A stretch of 64,000 nucleotides of DNA from Squalus acanthias. Taxonomy: Eukaryota. The notes under the pieces are model-generated. The model was not told the origin of the DNA. It ran no database searches and worked only from the letters and a program-made list of their open reading frames with translations. Below are positions 22,262 to 35,689 of the stretch, in pieces. The stretch spans positions 57,910,001 through 57,974,000 of the forward strand of contig CM059432.1 in assembly GCA_030390025.1 (NCBI GenBank). The letters are read 5' to 3'. The position numbers were made by a program, and so were the translations under genes. How positions within the stretch are numbered: the first letter of the stretch is position 1; the number at the start of each line of letters is the position of its first letter.

Positions 22262-24800
22262 ATCTTACTAAGACAGGCTCAGGGAACTGGAGCTTTTTGT
22301 CATTGGGAAAGTATGGACCCTGAGGGGAAATGATAGGTCTTCAAAATGATGCAGGGAATAGTTCACTATTGCAATGGAGAGGGATAGGGCCATACGGCAG
22401 GGCAGGGTTTATAATTGGGGGAGGGGTAATTATGATGCGATTAGGCAAGAATTAGGGAGCATAAGATGGGAACAGAAACTATCAGGGAAAGGCACAAACG
22501 AAAAAGTGGAGCTTTTTCATGGAGCAATTACTGCGTGTGCTTGATAGGTATGTCCCTGTCAGGCAGGGAGGAAATGGCCGAGTGAGAGAACCATGGTTCA
22601 CAAAAGAGGTTGAACGTCTAGTCAAGAGGAAAAAGGAAGCGTATGTAAGGATGAGAAAACAAGGTTCAGTTGGGTCGATTGAGGGGTACAAGGTAGCAAG
22701 GAATGAGCTAAAAAAAGAGCTTAGGAGAGCTAGGAGGGGGCATGAGAAGTCCTTGGCGGGTCGGATCAAGGAAAACCCCAAGGCTTTTTACTCTTATGTG
22801 AGAAATAAAAGAATGACCAGGGTGAGGGTAGGGCCGGTCAAGGACAGTAGTGGGAACTTGTGCATGGAGTCAGAAGAGATAGGAGAGGTGATGAATGAAT
22901 ACTTTTCGTCAGTGTTCACCGAGGAGAGGGGCCATGTTCTTCAGGATGAGAGTGTGATAAAGGTGGATAGGCTGGAGGTGGTAGATGTTCTGAGGGAAGA
23001 TGTTTTAGCAATTTTGAAGAACCTGAGGGTCGATAAGTCCCCTGGGCCAGATGGGATATATCCTAGGATTCTTTGGGAGGCAAGGGAGGAGATTGCAGAG
23101 CCTCTGGCTTTGATCTTTGGGTCCTCACTGTCCACGGGAATGGTGCCAGAGGACTGGAGAGTGGCGAATGTTGTTCCTCTCTTCAAGAAAGGAAATAGGA
23201 ATGACCCTGGTAATTATAGGCCGGTTAGTCTTACTTCGGTGGTTGGTAAGATAATGGAAAAGGTCCTGAGGGATAGGATTTATGACCATTTGGAAAGGGG
23301 CAACTTAATCAGGGATAGTCAACACGGATTCGTGAAGGGTAATTCTTGCCTAACAAATTTGATTGAATTCTTTGAGGAGGTAACTAAGTGTGTAGATGAA
23401 GGTAGAGCAGTTGATGTCGTATACATGGATTTTAGTAAGGCGTTTGATAAGGTTCCCCATGGTCGGCTCATGAAGAAAGTAAGGAGTTGTGGGATAGAGG
23501 GAAATTTGGCCGATTGGATAAGTAACTGGCTATCTCATAGAAGGCAGAGGGTGGTGGTGGATGGAACATTTTCGGACTGGAGACCAGTTACCAGCGGTGT
23601 GCCACAGGGGTCGGTGCTGGGTCCTCTGCTGTTTGTGATTTTTATCAATGACTTGGAGGAGGGGACTGAAGGGTGGATCAGTAAATTTGCTGATGACACC
23701 AAGATTGGTGGAGCAGTGGATGAGGTGGAGGGCTGTTGTAGGCTGCAAAGAGACATTGATAGGATGCAGAGCTGGGCCGAAAAATGGCAGATGGAATTTA
23801 ACCCTGATAAGTGCGAGGTGATTCATTTTGGTAGGGCAAATTTGAATAAGGATTACAGGGTCAACGGCAGGGTTCTGAGGAACGTGGAGGAGCAGAGGGA
23901 TCTGGGGGTTCATATCCACAGATCTCTGAAGGTTGCCACTCAAGTGGATAGAGCAGTAAAGAAGGCCTATGGTGTGTTGGCGTTTATTAACAGAGGTTTT
24001 GAGTTTAAGAACCGTGAGGTTATGCTGCAACTGTACAGGACCTTGGTGAGACCACATTTGGAATATTGTGTGCAGTTCTGGTCACCTCACTATAGGAAGG
24101 ACGTGGAAGCATTGGAAAGAGTGCAAAGGAGATTTACCAGGATGCTGCCTGGTTTGGGGGGGAGGTCTTATGAGGAAAGATTGAGGGAGTTGGGGCTTTT
24201 CTCTTTAGAGCGGAGGAGGATGAGAGGCGACTTAATAGAGGTTTATAAGATGATGAGGGGGATAGATAGAGTGGATGTTCAGAGACTATTTCCTCGGGTA
24301 GAGGCAGCTGTTACAAGGGGGCATAACTATAAGGTGCATGGGGGGAGATATAGAAGGGATGTACTGTTCAGATCGATAGGTTATTTGAGCTAGTTAGGAA
24401 GGGGAGGATTGGGGCCATAAAAAAAGTTAGGTTAGATGCTAGTAAGTGTTTCTTTTCGATTTCTGGAATAAGTTGCTAGTGCGGTGAGTGTGGATTTGCT
24501 ACAAACCTTCAAAAGGGAGCTGGATGAGTTCCTACAAATGGAAGACATCTCGAGTTGTAGAAGATAGGCGGGGTGATAAGTCACTAGTGTTATTAGTTAT
24601 TGCAGTCTCCTGGAGACTTGTTTGACTGCCTTTGGGAGTCAGAGAAGAATTTCCCAGAGTTTTTTTTCCTAAATTCTCCTAAGGTTTTTAATTCTCCATT
24701 TTTTATTTTGCCTCTCCCAGGAAAGTGCATGGCTTTGAGGATGAGTTGATTGTGCATGTAGGCTGGATGGACCAGTTTGTCCTTCCTTTTCCTATGTTTG
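22262..24800 (+). mobile_element. Old CR1 3' end interrupted by the young CR1 segment
   Basis: 22262-22360 and 24363-24800 match the old CR1 3' end seen at 57690-57745 and 60173-60610. Confidence 0.6.
22361..24362 (+). mobile_element. Young CR1 LINE ORF2 segment (RT domain), lacking 5' end and 3' UTR/tail
   Basis: ORF 22519..24393 (624 aa): KSPGPDG, NYRPVSLTS, QHGF, DFSKAFDKV, GVPQGSVLGP, KFADD, LEYCVQFWSP. One +1 frameshift near 22501. Confidence 0.93.
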
Positions 24801-24874
24801 TATAAATGGTATTGAACCCTTGCATTTCTCCTGCCTTCAGTGGGGAAAAATACTGGAGAAATCCCTATATTGAT

Positions 24875-25272
24875 AACAAAACAACAACTTACATTTATAT
24901 AGTGCCTTTAATGTAGTAAAATGTCCCAAGGCGCTTCACAGGAGCATTATTAAACAAAATTTGACACCGAGCCACATAAGAAGATATTAGGGCAGATGAC
25001 CAAAAGCTAGGCCAAAGAGGTAGGTTTTAAGGAGCATCTTAAAGGAGGAGAGAGAGGTAGAGAGGCAGTGAGGTTTAGGGAGGGAATTCCAGAGCTTAGG
25101 GCCCTGGCAACTGAAGGCATCACCGCCAATGGTGGAGCGATTAAATTTGGGGATGCTCAAGAGGCCAGAATTGGAGGAGCGCAGAAATCTCGGAGGGTTG
25201 GAGTGCTGGAGGAGATTACAGAGATAGGAAGGGGCGAAGCCATGGAGCGTTTTGAAAACAAGGATGAGAATT
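24875..25272 (-). mobile_element. L2-like LINE 3' fragment
   Basis: Near-identical to 11365-11760. Confidence 0.8.
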
Positions 25273-26369
25273 CACAGGAGAAAATTGCCTGCATTAAAAG
25301 CTAACATACACATACACACATGGATAAAAATATGAAACAGCCTGTTGGATTCAGAATATCACAAAGATCTGTTGGAAAGGCTGGTTTATGTGGCAGCAGG
25401 ATGCTTCCTGCCAGAAGCCTTTAGTCATTAAGCCTCTGATCCATCCAGAGACCCAAACTGTCATTCAAGACAAGCAACATTTTCATGCCAGATTTAAGCT
25501 TCAATACCTTACATGTAAAAATAGAGCCAACTATTATTTTTTCTGGAACGGGGAATTACAAGACAGAAAGGTAGCAGTACGCACTGTCGAAAAGGTGATA
25601 CTGCTTTGCATATCATGCCCATATTATGTATAAAATGGGAGCCCTACACCATTTCTACTGGGGAATTAACAGTTATCCAAAAAATCAGTTCATAGGGGAA
25701 GTTATTCACTCGATAAAGAGGCAATGAAGTATATGTGCAAATTCCTTCTTCTCCCCAGTGAGTTTCTGGAGGGGGGATGGGGGGGGGGGGGGGGGGGGAG
25801 CGGAGCTGCAACTCCAATGATCCAGCTGTACAAGGTGGAGTATGCACACACTAATTTTGAAAGAATTAGATTTGAGAAGCTGGTGAGTTCAGGGGAGAAT
25901 TTCACCCTGAAACGCTCATTAAAATGAATCATAAAGGACGGTAGCTCTAACTGTGATCTTATCAATGTTTAACATCAAATTTTATCCAAATGGTATAATC
26001 AAGTAATGAGATGACTTGATATAAATCAGAATAATGGTATATTTAATTATGAAAGAGTTGGCCTTATGTCCTATTACATTGTATGTGACTAATAGCCTAA
26101 TATTCTTCAGGAAATTTGATGGCAAGCTATAGTTTCTCTGCCTTTATAAACATCTACTTTAGTTTGCTGAATATTAAAAGTATATCCGACCGGGAAATCA
26201 TTAGACCTCAATTTCATTGAAGGTTGTAAAATAGACTGCAGTACATTCAATAGGACTTCAATATTTAAAAAGACATGGAGCCCAACAGTTTTCTATTTAA
26301 ACCTGTATTAAAGTTACTTAATTTAGACATATCTCAATAAAAATAGCACAATAACAACTTAATACGTAC

Positions 26370-26571
26370 TATATTTATTATAGCACCAAGAAAGTTTATC
26401 ATAATGGAGGCAAATATGATGACATTCCTTGCAAAATGCGTTTCGTTGATCCAGCAGCATGATTTCCGAAGCACTAAAGGCAGACATTTATAATCCTCTG
26501 CAGTAGTAATTAACACCAGTGCAGCATGCAACATGATCAGAATGGTAAACTGGATCACCATTGGCATTGTT
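26370..26571 (-). CDS. ADCY8: Adenylate cyclase 8, internal exon (exon 10 equivalent; transmembrane helices)
   Basis: tttag|A ACA ATG...AAT ATA|gtacgt; 202 nt; encodes [67 protein letters not shown]. Confidence 0.95.
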
Positions 26572-26720
26572 CTAAAGAGAAAACATAGCAAGGTCATTTT
26601 GTTTAACCGTATACAGTCAAAGTATCACTCTAAATAACGCTTCATTTGAAATACCATCCAACTTAGGATCACAAGTTCTACTACGAACTGTACTGGTCTG
26701 GCCAGACAATAAAACAAGAC

Positions 26721-27562
26721 GGGCTGAATTTTCGCTACAGCGGCTTTTCACTGGTAGAAATAGAAGTAAAATACTGGGGCCGATTTTCACGCCGCCACTG
26801 GGTGGGAACAGGGTGGTAGCATTCCTAAATTCAGGGGGTTGACATTACCATTCCCGATCAACTGGCTGTCATTTTGTTTGGGGCCTTCACATGGGTGGCC
26901 TAGGTGCCTGCCTGATTCAGGCAAGAGCGTACTTGTAACTTGAAAATCAGAGTCCTATGACATACATAGGACCGCAACACATTTATGGTACGAATGGGTG
27001 GACCATGGCAAAGGCAAATTCTTTCAAAGATTGTTGTGGGTACAATACGAGCATGAATACTCCGGCTGGCACCATAAAAATCTTCCCACCTGCTGTTGCC
27101 CTCTCCATGCCCTCCTGCTGCAATTGCCCCCCCCCTTTAAGTTATTACTTCAGGCTCGGCTCTGTTTAGGAGTCACGAATCCCCCCCTGCCCTGGTTGAC
27201 GAGATACCTCTGAGAACTAGTTCAGCATTTGCAACATGCCGTGCATATTGAAATGAGGTCTAACCATTAAAATGGCTTGGGCTTCTTGGTGAGGACATTA
27301 GGCGGCCTGCCCGATGTACACCCAAAGTTAAAATTGGCCCCACTATTTTCACCTTTTGGCCACGCCAACAAAATTACTATACTCAACTGGCTACTGAACA
27401 GACTACACAGGGAGGTTGCTATTTCACTGGTGAGCCTTAGATGAGCTGGCCACTTGAGCAGTTAAATTCATCAACGGAATGAGAATCGGGTGTTTTCTAT
27501 AAGAGGTGGGCAAGCTGATCAGACAAATTACCACCCATGTGGTGAAGACGAAAATTTACCCC
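26721..27562. mobile_element. MITE (outer) carrying a nested MITE
   Basis: TIR gggctgaattttcg / cgaaaatttacccc; flanks gac / cac. Confidence 0.6.
26776..27341. mobile_element. MITE (inner)
   Basis: TIR ggggccgatttt / aaaattggcccc; ACT TSD. Confidence 0.8.
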
Positions 27563-28124
27563 CACTTGTGGACCTGTTACTATTAGTGAGGACTCTTAGA
27601 ATGTGCTAAACTTCTTATCCTTTTATCAGTGGTACAGAACCAATTCTGTCACCAAATGTTTGAACTATTTTTAAGCTATTGTCCTCCACTGCTTCAGTAT
27701 AATTGATAAGCTGCCAGTTGGTAGTATGCACGTAATTTGGAAGGGAACAAGTGTACCCACATGAAAGCTAATACTCAGCTAATATTCCTGCTTCTCTAGA
27801 GACCCAAGTTTTAGTTTGTGCCAATTAATCCAGATGGTTTAAAATAAAAACAGAAAATGCTGGAGAAACTCAGCAGGTCAGGCAGCATCTTTGTTCTTGC
27901 CTTATTGCTATTAATGTCTTGCCAGCTTTTTGTCCTGTTCTTAGTGTTTATGAATCATCCTTTTTATATAGTATGCAAATACTTCACAATCTCAGTTCAA
28001 TGTGAAGTAAAAATGTCAGTCAGACCTTTTTTGTTTTGACGGAGGAATGGTGTTACATTTCTACGGCAGGCCTTGCCTTGGCCATGAACCGGTTGTTTAA
28101 TACGACTGTCATTTGCATTAGGAA

Positions 28125-28810
28125 GGCATTAGTCTTTGCCTCCTGCTACAAACTGTCACTAATTTGATCCCCCTCCCTGGCCACTATCTCAGGTTGAAGC
28201 AGACTGTTCACAACCTCGGCGTCCTAGTCGACCCTGAGCTGAGTTTCCAACCTCATATCCTCTCCATCACAAAGAGCACCTACTTCCACCTACATAATAT
28301 CGCCCGCCTCTGCTCCTGCCTCTGCCTCAGCCCATCTGCTGCTGAAACTCATTCCATGCCTTTGTCACCTCCCAACTCAACTATTCCAATGCTTTCTTGA
28401 CCGGCCTCCCATCTTTCAGCTCATCCAAAATTCTAATGCCCAAGTCCTATCCCGCACCAAGTCCCGCACACCCATCAGTCCTGTCCTTGCTAACCTACAC
28501 TGGCTCCTGGTCTTCCAACAGCTCCAATTTAAAATTCCTATACTCGTGTTTGAATCCCTTCAGGGCCTTGCCCCTCCCTATCTCTGTAACTTCTTCCAAC
28601 TGTACAACCCCCTCCCTCAGAATTCTCCATTCCTCAGGCTCCGACTCTGGCCTCTTGTGCATCCCTTCCTCCCTTCTCCTCATCATTGATGGCCATGGCT
28701 TCAGCCTCCTAGGCCACACACTCTAGAATTCCCTCCCTAAACCCCTCCACCAGTGCATCTCCTGCTGCTCCTTTAAGATCCTACACAAAACCCACCTCTT
28801 TGATAAAACT
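28125..28810 (+). mobile_element. L2-like LINE 3' fragment
   Basis: VHNLGVLVDPELSF..HI...YFHLHNIARL motif; homologous to 14900-15340. Confidence 0.75.
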
Positions 28811-28869
28811 TGCTGTTTGGTGGCATTGCCACTAAAACATTAACATTTTTTTTTCTGTTTTTTTTAAAT

Positions 28870-30790
28870 TTTTGTTCTCAGAATGTGGGTGACATTGGGA
28901 AGGCCAAATTAATTGTCCACCCTTGGTTGCCCTGAGAAAATGGTCATGGGCCTTCTTTTTGAAGTACTATCCTTGTGATGATGGTGCTCCCACGATAGGG
29001 AACTCCAATATATTGACCCAGCGATGAGAAAGAAATGGCGATATATATCCAAGTCAAGATAGTATGTGAAGGCTAACTTGAACGTGATGGTGTTCCCACA
29101 ACAATGCTGCTTTTGACCTTCTCAGTGGTAGAGGTCACAGGAGAGGGAATTGCTGTCGAAGTAAGCTTGGTAAGTTGCTACAGTGCATCCTATAGATCGT
29201 ACATAATGCAGCCTCAGTGTGCCGATGGTGGGGGTGAGGTGGATACTGAGTCTAGGAGCAGGTGTGTCAATCAAAAGAACTTCTCTTTCCTGGATGGTGT
29301 TGAGCTTCTTGAGTCCTGTTGCAGCTGCAACCATCCAGGCAAGTGTTGAGTAATCCATCACACTCCTGACTAGAGCCTTGTAGATGGTGGAGAGGCTTTG
29401 AGGAAATGAGCCGGTATTGCAGTCATGGTGTTGATATGGCTGGTCTATTAAGGTTCTGGTTAGTGAACATGTTGATCGATGGTGACTTGGCAATGGTGGT
29501 ATAATTGAAGGTCAGAGGGAGGTGGTTGGGCTTTCTCTTGTTTGAGTGGGTTATTACTGGGCACTGTGACGTGAACACTACCTGCCACGTCAGCCGAGGC
29601 CTGAATGCTGCTCAAGGCCTACTGTAAGCTGCCATCGGCTGCTTGATTATTGGAGGAGTTGTAAATGCAGCTAAAAACTGTGGAATCACCAGCGATCAAC
29701 CCGACTCCTGATCTTATGACGATGAAGCAGCTGCCTGGGGTTGGGTTAAGGATGCTTCCCTGAGGAATTCCTGCAGTAATTTTCTGGAGCTATGATGATT
29801 AGCTTAGGAGAATCATGATTATCTTCCTTTGTGAAAGGTATGACTCCAGCCACTGAAGCATTTTCCCTTTGACCTCAGTTTTGTTTGGGCTCTGTGGTTC
29901 TTCGCTTGGTTGAATGCAACCTTGATGTTGAGGGCAGCTTCTCTCATCTCTCTTCTGGTATTCAGTTCTTGTATTCACATCCAGATTAAGGCTGTGATGA
30001 GATCTAGAGCTGAGTAGCTGCCAGTGTCATAGCTCAACTGGAACAGCTTGGCTAGGGGACTAGCTAACTCTGGTGCACAGATTTTCAACATCACAACTGG
30101 GATGTTATCAGGGTCATAGCCTTCACTGTAACCAGTGCACTCAGCTGCTTCTTAATGTCACATGGAATGAACCAAATTGACAGGACACTGGCACCTATGA
30201 TTGTGTGGACCTCAAGAGGAGGCTGAGTCGGATCGTTCACTTGGCAAATTTTGACTGAATATACTTGCAAATACTTCAGCCTTGTCTTTTACACTCATAT
30301 GCTGGGCTCCACCTTAGTTGAGAAAGGGGATGTTCACAAAGCTTCCTCTTCCTGTTATTTGACTAGCTGTCCACCAGCATTCTCGACTGGATGTGATAGA
30401 GCTACAGAGCATTGCTCTGATCTGTTGGTTCTATAGCCTTACCACATCCCGTCAAGAATGATGGTGTTTAGCTCTGTCTATAGCCTAATGCTTTTGGTCT
30501 TTAGCATGCAGGTAGCTCTGTTGTGGTTTCACTAGATTGATGCCCCATTCTAAGGTATACCTGGTGCTACTCCTGGCATGCACTTCTACACTCCCCTTTG
30601 AACCAGGCTTGGTCTCCTGATTAGGTGCTAATGGATACAAGAGAGGGATGTGCCAGGTCAGGAAATTAAAGAATGTGGTGGTATACAAGTCCATGGCGGA
30701 TGACGGCCCATAGCATCTCATGAATGCCCAGTTTTGGGTTGTTTGATCTGTCCTTAGTCTATCCCAGTCAGCATGATGGTGATGCCACAC
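28870..30790 (-). mobile_element. Decayed CR1-group (Zenon-like) LINE
   Basis: Minus-strand remnants WH..ADWDRLRTD and STIYKALVRSVMDYSTLAW; 3' UTR shared with the SINE at 8850 and fragments at ~36955-37080, 40165-40290 and 41900-42015. Confidence 0.65.
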
Positions 30791-30959
30791 TACACTCTAT
30801 TATTTTTTCATACATACCAGGATTTAGCTTTCTTTTCACTTTGTCATTTCCTTTTATCTCTATATCTCTTCCTTCTTCTCTTTTCTATTTTTGGTATATG
30901 CTTATTTGGTTTTTGAGACCTTTTTATAAAAACAGTCTTGGCGTGAAAAAAAATTAAAT

Positions 30960-31714
30960 GGCCCAGAATTTATGTTAGCTGTTATTACACCTTTGAAACT
31001 GACCGCAACTTAAGGATTTAGCGCATGCGCATCCTAACGTGGAAATCCTGCAGTTGCTGTCAGTAATTCACTGCTCCAACACTGGCTGCACTGTGGCCAC
31101 CCCCACCCCCGCCCAAAGCCGGCAATCAGTGTAATCAGGGAAATCAGTGAAACTGACGAAAACTCGGGCTTTTCTGCGGTAATATCGCTGTTAAATACCC
31201 CATTAAAAGTTAGACCTTGTTGGATTAGGTGTAATTGGGATTTTAACAGAGTATTGACTGCTAAACAAATGTTATGGCCCCGAAAAACTCATTTTAATTT
31301 TGTGGAGTGTCAAATTACTCTATTATAATAAAAATTACAATTTTTAAGAAACTTAAAAAAAAATTATACATTTTAAAAGTTTGTTCATATTTATTTCAGT
31401 TTTACCTTTCCCCCATGTGAGAGCCTCAATCTTTGCTTTGCTCTCTATACATTTTTAAAAAGTCAGAATAAAAGGAGCTTCTTCATTTCCTGGTTCCCTG
31501 TCTGTGAGAATTCTGCATTGTGATTGGCTGCTTAGACAGCTTGTTGCCATCACAGCAGATCACGCTATGGGATTCCCACTACACTGCACTGATCTCAATT
31601 GCACATCGAAAAAGCCAAACTTCTCGCCACAGAGATCGCAAGATGTTTGGGGCAGCTTTCTTCAAGGCCAGCGGCGAACACCTTTGCTTCACCGCTGACT
31701 GCAAATTACGGGCC
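30960..31714. mobile_element. Harbinger-type MITE (same family as 62327-63119)
   Basis: TIR ggcccagaattt / aaattacgggcc; interior aligns along its length with 62327-63119. Confidence 0.85.
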
Positions 31715-31890
31715 AAAATATTTGCAGAGACACTTTTAGGCTTCTGAATAACACTGAGGCAAATAAATAACAACACTGTCCCCCAAAAGCTATGGAACCT
31801 AAAATAAAAAGTTCCGTGTTACACCACACCAAGCTGCAAAAAAATACACAATTCATCATTCAAGAGGGAAGGGCATTCGTTTCTATTTAC

Positions 31891-31991
31891 CTTGATGTAG
31901 GAAGTAAACTTTGTATTGCTGTGATAAATATAAGAACAATAAAAGCACACACCAGATTTGACTTGAAAACTTCATCTCGCATCTGTGAATA
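31891..31991 (-). CDS. ADCY8: Adenylate cyclase 8, internal exon (exon 9 equivalent; start of M2 membrane domain)
   Basis: ttccag|TAT TCA...TCA AG|gtaaat; 101 nt; encodes [33 protein letters not shown](R). Confidence 0.95.
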
Positions 31992-32487
31992 CTGGAAGAA
32001 AGAAGCACAAAACATTAACAGACTATGTGTTGCAGATTCCACAGTGATTTATCTGTCTCTATGGGGGTTCTGGGAAATTAGCAAGATTATGCCTACCAGA
32101 AGGATGGGCTGTGTCAATTAAAAAAAGAACAATACTAAATTTCTAATGGTATTGTCAGGGTTACTTTACAGGGAGTTTAAAAAAATGATCTGATAAATAA
32201 CTAAATCCAATGGACGAACTATTAAAATAACCAGTCTTGATTAACACAGTAAATTACCTTTCTCTTTTAATTATCTTTCCTTTCACAGTTTAATCATGTC
32301 TCTATTCATTGAATTAACCACTTTAAAACTTTTTTGTGTGAAAGGTATACAATAATAGAAATGTTTACTTTTCAAATTTCAAATTTTGTGATTGCACCTT
32401 TTTCCCTTAAAGCTTTTATATCTTTGTTTCCACTTAAAGTGTCCTTTTTGCTAAGGCTGCCAAAATGTGTATTTGTGGCCCAGCTAC

Positions 32488-32685
32488 CTTTTCCTCCAGG
32501 CTGGAGTCTTTAAACATCAGTGAGAAAGGCTTGATATGCTCTCTTCTTAATTTATCCCCACTCCTTAAGTCGATGGTATGTTCTATTCGCTTGTTAATTT
32601 CCTCAGGCCCAGACTGGACATGCAAAGCTTGTGCAAGGTGGTTTGGAAGCAGATTTATTGAATTTCTTGTTAGGGCAGCCAGAGT
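32488..32685 (-). CDS. ADCY8: Adenylate cyclase 8, internal exon (exon 8 equivalent; C1b)
   Basis: cctag|ACT CTG...GAA AAG|gtagct; 198 nt, phase 0/0; encodes [66 protein letters not shown]. Confidence 0.96.
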
Positions 32686-33512
32686 CTAGGGAAAGCACAT
32701 GCAAACAGAATAAACCCCGCTAGAGCTCTGTTCAATTGCATTAGAGTGAATAGTTAAAGGACATGTGACAAGGTGGGGATTATCTGTTACTGAATCAAGA
32801 AGAAAAATTTATATAATTTTTTTATTCCTTTTACTCCCAGATCCCTGTTCTACAGGTACTGCATCCTCAATATTTTGGATTAATAACTTTCACAGAATGT
32901 CTGCAATTTATCCACCAAACCACATAAACACCATACAATGAGTCAAAGCTGCCATCAAGAAATTTTAATTTTTCAGAGCTGCGGTAAGCTTTCGATGTCA
33001 AACTTTAAACTAGAAAATGCTGCCATTTTTTAGGTTTTCTCCTTCCCTCTCCAAGGACTCTCCAAGATAAGAAGTTTGAGCCAAGAAATTATATTTGGTA
33101 TTATTAGCAGACAAATGCTTCTCCTAGAGGGGAAGAGAAGCGAGATGTTCCTCTGCCTGCTGTTAATGGAGACATTAACCATTTAATTTAATGGATTAAT
33201 AAAACGGTGGACACAGGAATGTTATACAAGCACTTAAGTGTTTGTTTTTAATACTGTGTACTAATTTTATTGATCTTTATATTTCTCTAATTTTATTTTC
33301 CAATATTTACAGAAATCATTTTTGCTGAACTTTAATGGTGGAACAATTAATGTAATTTTGAAACAGAAAATAGTCTATCATAACTCAAAGGATTAAAGGT
33401 TAAAAGACCAAGTACTAAAGGGGGCAGGGGGTTATATAGTCCTATCTCTGTGTAAGTAAAAATAAGATAAAAAGGAGAAAAATCCCTTATACATTAAAAA
33501 AAAAATTATAGT

Positions 33513-34130
33513 GGGCCAACATTTGCGATCGGAGGCTTCCTGCGGGTGGATGCCTCCGACCTGCAAAAAGTTCTACGAATGTACCTGGTGGCCCAGGAGG
33601 TACGGAGGCTTGCGATCCTGGGCCTCTCTGGGTCCGCGCGGGCAGAGGTCCCCGTATCCCAGGGGCGCAGGTGGTTCATAGACGCCCCTGGGATCACGTG
33701 GGCCGGCCCAACCAATAAAAGGGAAGGATATGTACGGAACTCCAATAAGTAGCAATGGGGATCACTTAAAAAAATACACCAACACATGAAATATATATAT
33801 TTTTTAATTACATATTTAAAATGAATTAAAATGCCATTTAATTAAATATTTTAAACAAAAATTTTATTTTTTGGAGAAAAAAAATTATATGTTTTTACGG
33901 GGCTAAAAATAAACTTACCTTATTGAAGAGTATTTTTAATTTATAAATGAGTGATAAAATTTTATTTTTCTATTTTTTAAGACTCTTATGCTTACGCCTG
34001 CTTTTACCATGCATAAGAATTTGACATTCAGCGGGCGGAAGTTGTGCAAACATCGCAACTCTCCACCCGCAGAGGCCCATTTCCCATTTTCGGTGAAAGC
34101 ACAAAACAGGCAATAGCGAATTGGCAGACC
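33513..34130. mobile_element. MITE-like element
   Basis: Left end gggccaacatttgcgatcggaggc..gcctccga hairpin, GC-rich arms, AT-rich centre; right end degenerate. Confidence 0.5.
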
Positions 34131-34171
34131 ATTTAACACTACCTTCGATTTTCTTTTCCATTGAAGTCATT

Positions 34172-34921
34172 GGGCTGGATTTTCATAGGGCCATGGAGGC
34201 AGGTTTGGAGGCGTGGGGGGGGGGGATAAAATTGCGAAAAGTGGCGGGTGGACCTGATCCCGCCTCCATTCTGCCTCCACGCAATTTTGATAAAATCGTG
34301 TGCGGTGTTCCCGACTCTGTCCCGCCTCCAAGAGGCGGGAGAGGCCATTAAAGCCCTTAACAAGCCCTAAATTGGCTCTGTAATGCCATTTTGAAACGTT
34401 TTAGCTAGTTTAACCCTTTTCTGACGTGAAGCACGCCTGATGTGAAACACGCCAGTGAAACCTGGCGGGAGCACAAGTGGATAGCTGACTATCAGCTGCA
34501 GGTCCACTATTACAACGGAGATGTGATGAAGGTAGTAGTAGTATTAGGTCTGAAAGTTGCCTCTGATGCTGCTGCATTGAATGTCTTCAGAGATTGCCTG
34601 GCCTTTGCTGTGAGAGGACCTGGATGCAAAAAAGTTCCCTCTCTCTCTCCTCATTTTGCATCCAGGTCCTCTCACAGCAAAGGCCAGGCAGTCTCTGAGA
34701 CCAGGCAGTCTCTGACCTGCAATGCAGCAGCAATGATGACATCATCAGAGGCGACTTTCAGACTGAAACCACTAATTGGTTCATGGGTTCCCACATGCTG
34801 GAACTCAATTGCCCAATTAGGTGAAAATTGCATCAATCTCCCACATCAAATTGCAGTCGGGTGGATAACACGAAATGCGGATGACACGACCCCAACCCGC
34901 CCCAGTATCAAAATCCAGCCC
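34172..34921. mobile_element. Harbinger-type MITE
   Basis: Perfect 12-bp TIR gggctggatttt / aaaatccagccc; flanks att / aat. Confidence 0.8.
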
Positions 34922-35689
34922 AATGTGTTCTCTGAATTGATTTCTTTTACTTTTCCCATCATTATTTGCAAAAAAGATGGCAAAAAGCCAGAAAGTACCT
35001 TCATATTTCCAGATTAGAAAAGGGAAATTAATGCTTCATGGTCAGTTTCCCCTCTTTTCCTGGCCCACTGTCCTTAAAATGACCCAGGCAATATTAAGGA
35101 GAAGCCCATGCTATGTAATGATATGCTAATATCAAATATAAATATTTTAATTAATTACTCATCATTTTTCAGTTGATATGAACCCTACTTTTTGACTGGT
35201 GCAGAACAGTGGCTTTAATTTATTAGTATCAGTAAGGCTAAATGGTTAATATTCCATGTTTTTACCAGCAAGGAGTTAAAGCTTTGGTAATCCACAGCCA
35301 TCAGCCATGACCTCAATGGAGCAACATGGAAAGCAAATATAAATAAAGGTATTGACAATTTCTCTTATTTTAGATGTAGCGTTGCTTAATTCATGGTTAA
35401 GAGGATAAAAGCAGACACACACTCACCAACAGTTTAGATTACTAAGTGGAAAACCTTGTCAAATGACCTTTAAGCATGTTACAATGCTTAGCAAACGTGC
35501 ACTTTACAAACTCAATCATGTCTTCAAACTGTTATTTATGAAACATACACTAAAGGTTGAAGCTGCAATATCCCTTTTCATAGGTTTGTAGAATTGGTTT
35601 GTTGTTTAAATGTTTTACAGCACCTGGGAAAGATGGACTACCATAATCTATAGTATATACAAATGTTGTGGCCATCTCTAGAGGTTGAC

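Noticed and set aside
22519..24393. 624-aa reverse transcriptase as a host or novel RT gene
   Set aside because: Standard CR1 ORF2 fragment with an upstream frameshift, no endonuclease, and a C-terminus running into flanking sequence.
34442..35017. 191-aa ORF
   Set aside because: Lies in a MITE and runs through its TIR; no recognisable motif.
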